DNA of 32,000 nucleotides from Thermoproteus tenax Kra 1 (GCF_000253055.1 NC_016070.1:270001-302000); one strand, 5' to 3'; counted from the first letter of the stretch, positions 9,705-19,748 are shown. Made by a program: numbers and translations. Notes: a model not told the origin generated them from the sequence alone.

Positions 9705-11090
9705 ATGAGGGCCTTCGCCTTAGCTCTCCTCATCCTCGCCGCCGTGCCGGCCCTGGCGTTCTGGTCCGGGCAGATAGCCCAGATTCCCTTCGGCTATCCA
9801 TCTATCTCGACGGCCTCTCTGGGGGGCTCTGCATACGTCTGCTACACTGCGCAGGGCCTAAGCGGAGTCGCGGCGGTCTGCACGGCCCTGAGCGGGCCGT
9901 CGGAGTACGTAGTCCCCGTGCCGCCGGCTGGCAACGCCTCCACGCTCCCCGTCATCTTCACCACCGGGAATGGAACTCTGGCCCTCCTCTGGACAACTCC
10001 GGGCCTCGAGGGGCTGTATCTATCCCTGCTGCCCTCCTCCAAGCCTCTGGAGCTTTTGAGAGGCGCCTACGTGGCCTCATACGTCGGCGCTGGGGACCGC
10101 GTCTACGTCTTGAGGTCGCTGTGTCCCATCTGCCCCCCTACGGAGCTCCTAGTCTTCAACACGACGGGCGCCCTCTTGGACAGAGCGCCGGCCCGCGGCC
10201 TGGCGGCGCTCCTCGCCGTTCAGAGCGGCCTTCTGTTGGGCCGTCTGGCCAACGGCTCCTACGTCTTAATGAATTCGTCGAGCCTCGCTCCGATAGCCGT
10301 CTTCAACTCCTCTTGGGCTGGCCTATCCGGCGGATCTCTCTTCACATTCTCAGAGGGCGTCCTGCGTTGGGGCAACCTCAGCTTTATGCTCCCCTGGGCC
10401 TCTGGGGCAACGCCCGCTGTCGCCGGCAATAAGACCTTTGTAGTCGCCTGGGGCAACGGGAGTCTCTCCGTGTATTTGGCCGAAGGCGGCCGCGTGGAGC
10501 TCAGAAGATATCCGCTCCCCGGCGTTCTATACGCCGAGGCCCTCGGCGCAGGCGACTATTTGTACATAGTTGCAGTCGCGCAGAGCGGCCCCGCCTACTC
10601 CCTATGGGCCTTCGTTGTGCCGGCGACTCCGCCCCGGCCCTCGCTCTCTGTATCTATCGTCAACGCGACGCTGAGGGTCTCGTGGGCGGTCCCCAACCCC
10701 GAGCAGTACAACGTGACCTCGGTGGCCCTCACAGTATATCACAACGGAAGCTTGATCTTTTCATCCCACGCTCTGAGCGGGAACGCGAGCGTGCCCATAA
10801 ATGCGACGGGCTTATACACCGCGCGCCTCTATGTGGCAAGCCCCTTGGGCGACGTCGTTGAGACCGGCGAGGCCTCGTACACGCCGCCTGCCCAGACCAC
10901 AACGACGACTGTGCCTCCTCCGCCCCCGCCTCCGCCGCCGATTACGTCAACGAGCGCACCCTCCAACGCCACTTCGACGCACGCCGTGGAGGCGCAGACG
11001 GGCTCGCCGTGGCTGTACAGAGCGGCGGGCTTTGCCGTCGCCTCGGCCGCCCTCGCTGTGTTGGTCGTCGCTCTGAGGAGGAAGAGGTAG
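9705..11090 (+). CDS. secreted, C-terminally membrane-anchored surface glycoprotein (hypothetical)
   Basis: 461 aa. Has an N-terminal signal peptide MRAFALALLILAAVPALAFW and at least 15 NxS/T sequons. An Ig/Fn3-like segment is followed by a TTTTTVPPPPPPPPPITSTS stalk. The C-terminus is a TM helix plus an RRKR tail. Confidence 0.8.
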   Translation: MRAFALALLILAAVPALAFWSGQIAQIPFGYPSISTASLGGSAYVCYTAQGLSGVAAVCTALSGPSEYVVPVPPAGNASTLPVIFTTGNGTLALLWTTPGLEGLYLSLLPSSKPLELLRGAYVASYVGAGDRVYVLRSLCPICPPTELLVFNTTGALLDRAPARGLAALLAVQSGLLLGRLANGSYVLMNSSSLAPIAVFNSSWAGLSGGSLFTFSEGVLRWGNLSFMLPWASGATPAVAGNKTFVVAWGNGSLSVYLAEGGRVELRRYPLPGVLYAEALGAGDYLYIVAVAQSGPAYSLWAFVVPATPPRPSLSVSIVNATLRVSWAVPNPEQYNVTSVALTVYHNGSLIFSSHALSGNASVPINATGLYTARLYVASPLGDVVETGEASYTPPAQTTTTTVPPPPPPPPPITSTSAPSNATSTHAVEAQTGSPWLYRAAGFAVASAALAVLVVALRRKR

Positions 11091-11175
11091 TGCGGGGGGT
11101 GGGATTCGAACCCACGCAGGCCTACGCCACAGGGTCTTAAGCCCTGCCCCTTTGACCTGGCTCGGGCACCCCCGC
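11091..11175 (-). tRNA. tRNA-Leu (anticodon UAA), class II with long variable arm, no intron, no encoded CCA
   Basis: Reverse complement is GCGGGGGTGCCCGAGCCAGGTCAAAGGGGCAGGGCTTAAGACCCTGTGGCGTAGGCCTGCGTGGGTTCGAATCCCACCCCCCGCA. The acceptor stem is 7 bp. The anticodon stem is CAGGG/CCCTG with loop CTTAAGA. The T arm is GTGGG-TTCGAAT-CCCAC. TATA-like cttaaaag (11197-11204) lies about 25 nt upstream. Confidence 0.93.
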
Positions 11176-11211
11176 CCAGTGGATATTGAGCAACGGCTTA
11201 AAAGTTTTCCC

Positions 11212-12537
<1,326 letters not shown>

Positions 12538-13824
12538 TCACTTAGTTACGCCTAGGCCGTCCACGATGGCGTAGGGCACTGTGGCCGGCACGCTCATATC
12601 CCACCAGTAGATCTGGCTGGCCCTGCTCGACAGCGCGGCCGTGTTCCTCAACAGAGCCTCCAGCGTGTCGGCTATCCTCATGTGTCTCACAACGGCGACA
12701 GGTTTGCCGTCTCTGACGGCCAATATTACGTCTCTCCCGACTGTGGAGAACTGGCCCGTCTTTATATTCTGGTAGCGAGTGTACCAGTTGTTGTGGACGT
12801 AGTAGCCGCTCTTCAGCTCGGCGATAAGCCCCTCTAGGTCCGAGGGCGCATCCCCCGCCTTAGCTTCTACGTGTCCCGGCGACGTATAGATCCAGCTCCT
12901 CAACGCGTGGCCCGTGGATCTGCCGCCCAGCTTGGCCGCAGTCCTATTGTTCTGGAGGAAGGCCTTGAGCACCCCCCTCTCCAACAGCTGTACTCTCTCC
13001 ACTCTGTTGCCCTCGAAGTCAAACGGCGTATGGCCGTAGGCCCTCTCGTCGGCTGTTGCGTCGGCCACAGAGAGCTCGCTTGATGCGACCGCGGCGCCCA
13101 AGTCTTGAGGAGAGTATCTGGAGGAGCCGGATATTACGGCCGTGCCCGTCATCCATCCTCCGACGGTCTCGCCCAGGAGGTGCCCGAACACAAGGGGCGA
13201 GAGGAGCAGCCTCGCCCTCCCGGGCTGCACGGGCTCCCTCGGGAGCCCGGCCGCTAGGCGCAACAGCAGAGAGTTGGCCTCGCCCACCTCCCTCGGCCTT
13301 AAGTCGGCCAACGAGCGCCCCGCAGTTGCGCTGGTCGCCGCGAGGTCCCCCCTTAGGGACCTTATGGTCAAATACGCCCTATTCAACGAGTACCTCCCCC
13401 TTCTGCCGTAGGTATCCTCGTATTGGAAAGAGACGTAGGTGAGGACGGCCGCCCCCGCGTTCCTCTCGGCGCCCTCGGCCGCTCTGGCGGCCTCGAGAGC
13501 CACATCGGCGAGGGCCTCGAAGTCCTCCTCGCGCTCCTCCCGCGGCGTTGGAAGAGCCTCGCCCTTGAGCGGGACGTACAGCGGGTCCTCAGGCAACGAG
13601 CTCAGCCTCCTTAAGGCGTCCTCCACAGCGCTTATGTCGAGCTCCCCCGTCGAGGAGACTATGGCGTACTTCTTCCCCTTCGCGAGATAGAGGTGGTGCT
13701 CCTCGGTGGCCCAGCTCTTGGAGACAGAGACTTCGTCGTTGGCGAGCCTCACCATGTAGGTCTCGGCCCTTACAACGACGAGGGCGGCCTCGTCGACTTC
13801 CCTCTCCACTATCCTCAAGATCAT
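12538..13824 (-). CDS. pmbA: PmbA/TldE-family protein (TldD/PmbA metalloprotease partner)
   Basis: Internal ATG of track ORF 12538..14079. It overlaps the tldD stop as ATGA (13821-13824). Product begins MILRIVEREVDEA and lacks the HExxxGH motif. The 85-aa N-terminal extension in the track is Arg-rich junk overlapping tldD. Confidence 0.88.
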   Translation of the reverse strand: MILRIVEREVDEAALVVVRAETYMVRLANDEVSVSKSWATEEHHLYLAKGKKYAIVSSTGELDISAVEDALRRLSSLPEDPLYVPLKGEALPTPREEREEDFEALADVALEAARAAEGAERNAGAAVLTYVSFQYEDTYGRRGRYSLNRAYLTIRSLRGDLAATSATAGRSLADLRPREVGEANSLLLRLAAGLPREPVQPGRARLLLSPLVFGHLLGETVGGWMTGTAVISGSSRYSPQDLGAAVASSELSVADATADERAYGHTPFDFEGNRVERVQLLERGVLKAFLQNNRTAAKLGGRSTGHALRSWIYTSPGHVEAKAGDAPSDLEGLIAELKSGYYVHNNWYTRYQNIKTGQFSTVGRDVILAVRDGKPVAVVRHMRIADTLEALLRNTAALSSRASQIYWWDMSVPATVPYAIVDGLGVTK

Positions 13825-15197
13825 GGCGTCACCAACAGATTCCTGCTTCTGAAGGTGGGCCCTCCCATGGTCACGGGCACACCCTGCATGGGGTTTCCTT
13901 TGCCGCACGTGCCCACGTAGAGCTCGAAGTCTTTGCCCACGGCGTCTACATTGCCCCAGAGCTCCGGAGTGTCCACCTCTAGGAACCCTCTCACTGGCTC
14001 CCCCAGGCGGCCGTTCTCTATCATGTAGGCCTCGAAAAATCCGTATCTGCCGGCGTATCTTATGTCGTCGATGTTCCACTCAGTGTAGGAGACCACGTAT
14101 ATGCCCCTCTTGGTGTCCTCTATGATCTCCTCGGGCCTCCAGTCACCGGGGACCATGTAGGTGTTGCTCATCCGGGGTATAGGCTCTCTGTCGAACGCCG
14201 AAGCTCTAGCTCCGGCGTTGCTGTGGACGCCTATGACTGCGGCGTACTGTCTGTTGTTTATAAACTCGTTCGCCACGCCGCGCTCCACAAGCCTCTTGGG
14301 CCTGGCGACGACCCCCTCCTCGTCCACTAGATAGAACCCGTACGTCTCAGGGAGCGTGGGGTCGTCCACTATGTTCACCAACTCGCTACCTATCCTCACG
14401 CGTAGGTTCTCCGGCCTCACGTAGGACTCGCCGGCCTCAGCGGCCTCCCTCCCGAATATTCGGTCAAGCTCGAGCGGATGGCCCACAGACTCGTGGACGA
14501 AGATCCCGGTCATCTCCGGCGCGAAGACCAGGTCGTATCTTCCGGGCGAGACGGGCTTGGCTCTCTCCAGGAGCTCCGACACCTTCTTGGACTCCCTCTC
14601 CACGCCCTCAGCGAATTTCTTGACGGCGGCCGCCGTAGTCCCGCCGGCGAAGACGTCCCTCTGAAGGCTCCCCTTGGCGGGATCATATTTTATCAAGAGC
14701 GAGAATAGAGATATCCTCGGGATCTTGCTGTAGACGTCGGCGCCGTCGCTCGTGACTATACGCTTCTCTGTGACCGCCAACGCGCCCGACAGTATCCTCA
14801 CTGTGAGGTCTTGCGCCGTCCTGGCATCTGCCTCTTTGAGTATCTCGACTAGGTCGGCCTCCAGAGGAGGCAGCTCGTATTTAACTACGGCGAGCCTCTC
14901 TTGGGAGAGCTCCACCGGCCTCCTCCTGGCCCTCCCGGCGGCTTTGGCCAACTTCACGGCGCGCTCCACTGCTCCGAAGAGGCCCTCGCCTCTATCGCCG
15001 GGCGCCGCCGAGAAGCCCAGCCCTCCCTCGGCCAGGGCTCTGACGCCGAAACCCGAGGATCTGAAGGACCCCGACCCCTCGAAGGACCCGTTCCTGAACC
15101 TAGCCCATCTGCCCTCCGTTCGCTCGTATCTCACTTCAACGTATTTGGCGCCCAGGGAGAGGCCGTACTCTACGGCCTTCCTCAGTAGGTCATCCAT
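13821..15197 (-). CDS. tldD: TldD-family zinc metalloprotease
   Basis: Internal ATG (MDDLLRKAVEYG...) of track ORF 13821..15434. Contains the HExxxGH motif FVHESVGHPLE and a C-terminal GxC...G block (VGTCGKGNP). Confidence 0.9.
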   Translation of the reverse strand: MDDLLRKAVEYGLSLGAKYVEVRYERTEGRWARFRNGSFEGSGSFRSSGFGVRALAEGGLGFSAAPGDRGEGLFGAVERAVKLAKAAGRARRRPVELSQERLAVVKYELPPLEADLVEILKEADARTAQDLTVRILSGALAVTEKRIVTSDGADVYSKIPRISLFSLLIKYDPAKGSLQRDVFAGGTTAAAVKKFAEGVERESKKVSELLERAKPVSPGRYDLVFAPEMTGIFVHESVGHPLELDRIFGREAAEAGESYVRPENLRVRIGSELVNIVDDPTLPETYGFYLVDEEGVVARPKRLVERGVANEFINNRQYAAVIGVHSNAGARASAFDREPIPRMSNTYMVPGDWRPEEIIEDTKRGIYVVSYTEWNIDDIRYAGRYGFFEAYMIENGRLGEPVRGFLEVDTPELWGNVDAVGKDFELYVGTCGKGNPMQGVPVTMGGPTFRSRNLLVTP

Positions 15198-15217
15198 ATA
15201 GGAAAAGCCGAAGGATA

Positions 15218-15790
15218 TTAATCTACTTGCACCCCGAGGACCTTCTGAAAGAACTCGATGGCCTCCTGTTTTGTGACCAACTGGCCTTTGCCGACCTTGC
15301 TCCTCCTGCGCCTTCTGAGCTGAACCCTCAGGCCCGGCTTGGCCAGCTTCACGCAGACGTCCATCCCCCAGACTCCAACCGCTGGGTCGTATTTGACGCC
15401 GGGGATCAATATGTGCTCCTTTATGCCGAAGCACACGTTCCCCCTTTCGTCGAAGCTCGAAGATTTAACTCTATTTCCCACGGCAGCGAGAGCCTTGGCC
15501 AAGAATTGAACTGCTTTGTCCCTCCTGAGCGTTACAGCTACCGCGATGGGCTCGCCCCTCTTCACGTTCCACTCCTTTATGCTCCTCTTGGCCCTCCTCA
15601 GCGAGGGCGTCTGGCCTGTGAGCTCCTCGAGCAGACCCCTAGCCTTCTCCAACCTCTCGCCCCCTTCGCCGACTCCTATATTGACCACGACTTTCTCTAT
15701 AAAGATCCTCTGCATGGGGTGCTCCCTCTGAAGCACTAGCTCCTTCCAAGTCTTCTGGGCTAAGGCGGACATGCCACCCCCACTGGGCAC
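15218..15790 (-). CDS. rpl5: 50S ribosomal protein uL5 (L5P)
   Basis: Strong similarity to archaeal L5 in the blocks IEKVVVNIGVGEGGERL, FGIKEHILIPGVKYDP and GMDVCV. The start is either GTG 15790 or ATG 15772. TATA-like ctcttttaaac lies on the minus strand at about 15814-15824. Confidence 0.92.
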   Translation of the reverse strand: MPSGGGMSALAQKTWKELVLQREHPMQRIFIEKVVVNIGVGEGGERLEKARGLLEELTGQTPSLRRAKRSIKEWNVKRGEPIAVAVTLRRDKAVQFLAKALAAVGNRVKSSSFDERGNVCFGIKEHILIPGVKYDPAVGVWGMDVCVKLAKPGLRVQLRRRRRSKVGKGQLVTKQEAIEFFQKVLGVQVD

Positions 15791-15842
15791 AGATTATTAA
15801 TTTTTCCTCTCTAAGTTTAAAAGAGGGATCTATCTCCCAAGT

Positions 15843-16454
15843 ATGAGGGCCGCGCTGTTCTCGGGAGGGAAGGACAGCGTCTATGTAGCGCTCCTCGAGT
15901 GGCCGGTGGATATATTCGTAGTCTTCGTATACGAGTTTCCGCGCCCCTCCCCGCACCTTTTGAACTTAAACAAAGTAGTGGAGGTTGCCGGCGCCCTGGG
16001 GGTGCCCGTCGCTATACTGAGGACGCACAAGGGGCGCGAGCTGGAGGAGGAGGCACAGTTTCTGAGGCGGCTGGGCGTCGACGAGATAGTGGCGGGCGAC
16101 CAGGCAGTTGAAGCCCATTTGAAGTATATGGAGAAGCTCGCCGCGGAGGCCGGGGCGAGGCTGAAGGAGCCCATATGGGGCAGAGACCCGGCCGAGGTGC
16201 TTCTTGATGAGGCAAAGCTCATGGACTTCGTCGTAATCGGCTCACAACACGAGGAGCTGTTGTGCGAGAGAGTGGGCGAGGACAACGTCGAGCGCTTCCT
16301 GGAGAAGACGAAGGCGCTGGGGGTGGACCCCATTGGGGAGAGGGGGGAGTACCACACTCTGGCGGTCTCAGTGAGGCGGCTGGGCGCCTCTGTCCCCTGG
16401 AGGTGTAGAGAGGCCAGAGACTACGGAGGATACCACATCGCCTTGGTGGAATGA
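15843..16454 (+). CDS. PP-loop ATP pyrophosphatase, MJ0570/Dph6-like (diphthine-ammonia ligase family)
   Basis: 203 aa. Has the N-terminal PP-loop FSGGKDS and the GDQAVEAHLKYMEKL and GEYHT blocks typical of this family. TATA aagtttaaaag lies about 25 nt upstream. Confidence 0.8.
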   Translation: MRAALFSGGKDSVYVALLEWPVDIFVVFVYEFPRPSPHLLNLNKVVEVAGALGVPVAILRTHKGRELEEEAQFLRRLGVDEIVAGDQAVEAHLKYMEKLAAEAGARLKEPIWGRDPAEVLLDEAKLMDFVVIGSQHEELLCERVGEDNVERFLEKTKALGVDPIGERGEYHTLAVSVRRLGASVPWRCREARDYGGYHIALVE

Positions 16455-17338
16455 GTCTGCCCCAGCTCCTGAGGGAGGCCGCAGCGGAGGCGCAGTGCGA
16501 CTCAGTCCTTCTGTCTGGGGGGTTGGACTCGTCCACTGTGGCCTGGGCGCTTAGGGAGGCCGGGCTGAGGCCCGTTGCCTTCAACGCACAGTACGCCCCG
16601 AGGCCCGGGACCGATGTGCCCTATCTACTCGAAGTGGCGAGACAGCTCGGCCTGCGCACGGTCATCGTGTGGGCGAGCGAGGAGGAGGCCGTGAGGGCGG
16701 CGGAGGAGGTGGTGGGGATTCTGAGGGTTTTCAACCCGATGGAGGTGGTCAACTGCGCCGCCGCGTATCTGGCCATGAGGGCCGCGGCCGAGATGGGGGC
16801 GAGGAGGATATGCACGGGGGACGGCGGAGACGAGCTCTTCGCAGGCTACAGCTTCATGCACAAACTGCCTCCGAGGGAGCTCGACGAGTATATAAGGCGG
16901 CTCACCGAGACTTGGTACTTCTGCGCCTTCGACGTGGGCAAGGCGCTTGGGCTTGAGATACAAGCGCCCTATCTCCACCCGAGGGTCGTCGAGTACGCGC
17001 TCTCGGTGCCCGCCGAAGAGAAAGTCAGAGGGGGCTACGGCAAGTACCTGGTCAGACGCCAGTTCGAGGGCTTGTTGCCCAGAGAGGTCGTGTGGCGCCG
17101 TAAGGACCCGCTGGAGGTCGGGAGCGGCTTCGCCGCTTTATACGACGTCTTGGCCAAGAGGGGCGAGGGCTATGAGGCCGACATACCAGTCGCGGGCGCT
17201 GCCAGGTATTTGTACAAGGCCTTTAGAGAGAAGGGGCTGTCCTACGAGAGGGGGACGAGGAGTCCGTGCCCCGTCTGCGGCCATGAAATGAGGGGCGGAT
17301 ACTGCCCTATGTGCGGCCACTACGAGCAGAAAGCCTAG
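16451..17338 (+). CDS. asparagine synthase C-terminal-domain protein (PP-loop, no glutaminase domain) with C-terminal zinc ribbon
   Basis: 295 aa with PP-loop LSGGLDSS and the AsnB block GDGGDELFAGY. C-terminal motif is CPVCGHEMRGGYCPMCGH. ATGA overlap with the preceding gene (16451-16454). Confidence 0.85.
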   Translation: MSLPQLLREAAAEAQCDSVLLSGGLDSSTVAWALREAGLRPVAFNAQYAPRPGTDVPYLLEVARQLGLRTVIVWASEEEAVRAAEEVVGILRVFNPMEVVNCAAAYLAMRAAAEMGARRICTGDGGDELFAGYSFMHKLPPRELDEYIRRLTETWYFCAFDVGKALGLEIQAPYLHPRVVEYALSVPAEEKVRGGYGKYLVRRQFEGLLPREVVWRRKDPLEVGSGFAALYDVLAKRGEGYEADIPVAGAARYLYKAFREKGLSYERGTRSPCPVCGHEMRGGYCPMCGHYEQKA

Positions 17339-17340
17339 AG

Positions 17341-17373
17341 TGCGCCAGGTCCTCGAAGTCTATTTTTGGCGCA
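17341..17373 (+). terminator. 7-bp hairpin TGCGCCA/TGGCGCA enclosing a T5 run, directly after the stop codon at 17336-17338
   Basis: Read directly. Oligo-T tracts are the usual archaeal termination signal. Confidence 0.4.
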
Positions 17374-17380
17374 TCTGTGA

Positions 17381-17520
17381 CCTCCTCCCCGCTCAGGCGG
17401 GGCCTCCACCGTGGGCCTTGTCGCCCCTCCTCGGGGTTGATGGGCGCGGGGGAGGGGTGCTGCGGCGTCCCCCCGCCTGGGCCGCCTGCCGTTGATCCGC
17501 CGTGTTGAACACACCGCTGT
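17381..17520. other. very GC-rich non-coding block with several strong local hairpins (candidate structured RNA, strand unresolved)
   Basis: No credible ORF. Hairpins are CCCCGC-tcag-GCGGGG (17387-17402), GCGGGGG...CCCCCGC (17446-17476) and GTGTT-ga-ACAC (17502-17514). Confidence 0.3.
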
Positions 17521-17578
17521 TTAAGCCTTTCTCTGCCCTCTTCACAGCTCTGCCATAGAAGATTATACTCACAGAACC

Positions 17579-17616
<38 letters not shown>

Positions 17617-17692
17617 TAAAACGACGACGGACGTAGGGACAGACGGCGTATGGACAGCCGGGGCGGCTAAATATATACTTCATAACGAAGGT

Positions 17693-18130
17693 ATGGAAAA
17701 AGTCTCCGTGCGTCTGGCGTCTCGCTCCTACGCGGACGCCTCAATGGCGGAAATGTTGATGGCTCTGCCGGGGATCTACAACGTATACGTCGAGGGGGAG
17801 TACCTCACTCTGGAGATCGATGAGGGCGCTATAGCTCCCGCGGAGGCGATCAGGAGGGTCATGGACCTGGGCTACGAGGTCGTCCTGCGACACTACGTAT
17901 ATTCAGTGAGGAGGGGGCGGGCCGACCCCTGGCGTATAAAGGAGCGCCTCGAGGAGGATCCTCCGCCGTTTGTGGTGGCCGCCACATACGACGTAGACGA
18001 GGACTTGCTCTATATAGCGACTGTCCCCGGCGCGAGGCGGAAGGACGTCGAGGCCTTCATTGCCTCGAGGGGCGTGGCGGCATCCTATCTGGACGAATAC
18101 GACAAGCCCATAAGGCTCAGCTTTGGGTAA
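17693..18130 (+). CDS. hypothetical protein with an HMA-like (ferredoxin-fold) N-terminal domain lacking the CxxC metal site
   Basis: 145 aa. TATA ctaaatatata lies about 28 nt upstream. Residues 4-64 follow the HMA pattern (V.L......A..L..LPG...V.....L.LE.D......A..R.V.DLGYEV), but SYADAS replaces the GMTCxxC motif. Confidence 0.65.
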   Translation: MEKVSVRLASRSYADASMAEMLMALPGIYNVYVEGEYLTLEIDEGAIAPAEAIRRVMDLGYEVVLRHYVYSVRRGRADPWRIKERLEEDPPPFVVAATYDVDEDLLYIATVPGARRKDVEAFIASRGVAASYLDEYDKPIRLSFG

Positions 18131-18168
18131 CGCCCATTGAACTTAATTAAGGTTGCGTTGTTAGATCT

Positions 18169-18579
18169 GTGGACAAGATAAAGTCCGAGATCCTTGCGTT
18201 GTTGCAGAGGGAAGGGCCCCTTCCGGTGTACAGAATAGCGAAGGAGCTCGGCTTGAGCTACGGCGCGGCGCAGTGGCATATTTTCTCGCTGGAGAAACAG
18301 GGCCTGGTGAAGACGTACCGGATGGGGAACAAGAGGTACGCTGCGTTGAACTCGAACGACCTGCTCAGAGTGTACAGAGTTGGGGACGTCTTAAGGGATC
18401 TAGAGCTGATGCTCTTGGCGTATGGGATCAAAGAGGACTTCACAGTGGAGGAGGCGCTGGAAAGACTGCGCTCGAAGAGGATGGCCCATATAGCCCAGAT
18501 AATAGAGGAGATAGCTAGGGAGCGGATAAAGAGGGAGGAGGAGAGGAAGAGAGGCGCGGAGAGCTCCCAGGGGGAATAG
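18169..18579 (+). CDS. winged helix-turn-helix transcriptional regulator with charged C-terminal helix
   Basis: 136 aa with a GTG start. The segment ILALLQREGPLPVYRIAKELGLSYGAAQWHIFSLEKQGLVK is a typical wHTH. TATA cttaattaagg lies about 23 nt upstream. Confidence 0.8.
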   Translation: MDKIKSEILALLQREGPLPVYRIAKELGLSYGAAQWHIFSLEKQGLVKTYRMGNKRYAALNSNDLLRVYRVGDVLRDLELMLLAYGIKEDFTVEEALERLRSKRMAHIAQIIEEIARERIKREEERKRGAESSQGE

Positions 18580-18607
18580 CTTTTTAACCTGCCTTGGGGG
18601 CTGGCGT

Positions 18608-19345
18608 ATGCGCGTAAGCATTGTAGTGCATCACACCTGCGCCTCTAGTTGGAAGCTGTTCAGAGGGCTCAGAGAGAGGGGGCTCAGAGTCGAGCTAGCG
18701 CCCGCCGAGCTGTCGCACTTGAGAGGCATGGTCTTGGGGATACCGGCCGTCTTTCTGGACGACAGACTAATGCTCTACGACCCTGTGACTGCCGACGACG
18801 TCGAGGCGCTGATAAGGGGGACCGCTGGAGGCGAGCTTTCGGAGCAAGAGGCCATCTCCAACTTCGTCACCGGCGTTATATACAACCAGGCCCTGCTGTC
18901 GCTGGCCGTTCTGCATAAGTCGTTTAAGCCCATTTTGGCCGACCGCGAGCTGGTCGAAGTGCTAACCCGCGCCAGATTCAAGGGCAGGCCCGACGTAGCA
19001 GAGAGGGCGCGCAAGACCCTCCTGGAGCAAGACCGCCGCATCTTCGATGAGAATAGGGAGAGGATGCTCAAGGCCCTTGCGTACGGCCTAGTCCGAGAGC
19101 TCTACTGGCTCGGCCTGCCCTTGGACGACGCCAATGAGCGCCTCGTGTCGGCGTGGCTCTTGGCCAAGGCTACCGTCGGAAGGATAGGGCTCCAGTATCC
19201 GAGGCCCGGCGTGGATCCCGCGGTCTCCACCGCTGTGGTGCAGACGCTTAGAGAGAGGGGGGCCGACTACCTAAAAAGGATAGAGGAGGAGCAGAGGGCC
19301 ATAGCCTCAGACCAAGAGTTCATGGCGCTATTCGCGCCGCGCTAG
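18608..19345 (+). CDS. hypothetical protein, N-terminal thioredoxin/glutaredoxin-like fold with CxxS (TCASS) followed by a helical domain
   Basis: 245 aa. TATA gctttttaacc lies about 25 nt upstream. The fold call rests on a pattern only (V.V..T.C......L....G...E........G.PAVF.D). Confidence 0.65.
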   Translation: MRVSIVVHHTCASSWKLFRGLRERGLRVELAPAELSHLRGMVLGIPAVFLDDRLMLYDPVTADDVEALIRGTAGGELSEQEAISNFVTGVIYNQALLSLAVLHKSFKPILADRELVEVLTRARFKGRPDVAERARKTLLEQDRRIFDENRERMLKALAYGLVRELYWLGLPLDDANERLVSAWLLAKATVGRIGLQYPRPGVDPAVSTAVVQTLRERGADYLKRIEEEQRAIASDQEFMALFAPR

Positions 19346-19481
19346 CCGGTCCACCGTCTTATTATGCTCAAGCGGTATCTCGGCGCGACGTGAGGACAGT
19401 CTCCCTCTTCGCGGTCGAGGCGGTACCGTATAGCATAGATGCTGTATTCGCCCAAATTGGACTAGGCAACTTTTACGACTC

Positions 19482-19518
<37 letters not shown>

Positions 19519-19597
19519 CGCCATGTCGCTCTGAGCCCCTCGATCCTTGAAGGCCCTTTCGCCTGTTAAAGTGAATCATAAGTCTAGAGAACCGCAG

Positions 19598-19669
19598 TGC
19601 AGCCGCCGGGATTTGAACCCGGGACCGCCCGGTCTTCAGCCGGGCGCTCTCCCGCTGAGCTACGGCTGC
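19598..19669 (-). tRNA. tRNA-Phe (anticodon GAA), no intron, no encoded CCA
   Basis: Reverse complement is GCAGCCGTAGCTCAGCGGGAGAGCGCCCGGCTGAAGACCGGGCGGTCCCGGGTTCAAATCCCGGCGGCTGCA. It forms a full cloverleaf. The anticodon stem is CCCGG/CCGGG with loop CTGAAGA. Confidence 0.95.
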
Positions 19670-19689
19670 GTTTTAACTTAACTCGTCAA

Positions 19690-19698
19690 TTTATAAAG
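19690..19698. promoter_or_regulatory. near-palindromic TATA box TTTATAAAG about 25 nt upstream of tRNA-Phe
   Basis: Based on position relative to the tRNA 5' end (19669). A second TATA (gcatataaacg, 19737-19747) serves the downstream plus-strand gene. Confidence 0.6.
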
Positions 19699-19748
19699 AT
19701 AACGCCGGCGAGGCGCGGCCGTTCGACCGCGTAAGGCATATAAACGTT

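Noticed and set aside
17462-17480. SRP-RNA helix-8-like hairpin on the minus strand (CAGG-CGG...CGCC-GCAGCA).
   Set aside because: The loop is a hexaloop GGGGGA rather than GNAR. The best pairing consumes the AGG that should remain in the symmetric loop. The GC-rich block is only about 140 nt, and the flanks are AT-rich and do not form helix 5 or an Alu domain.
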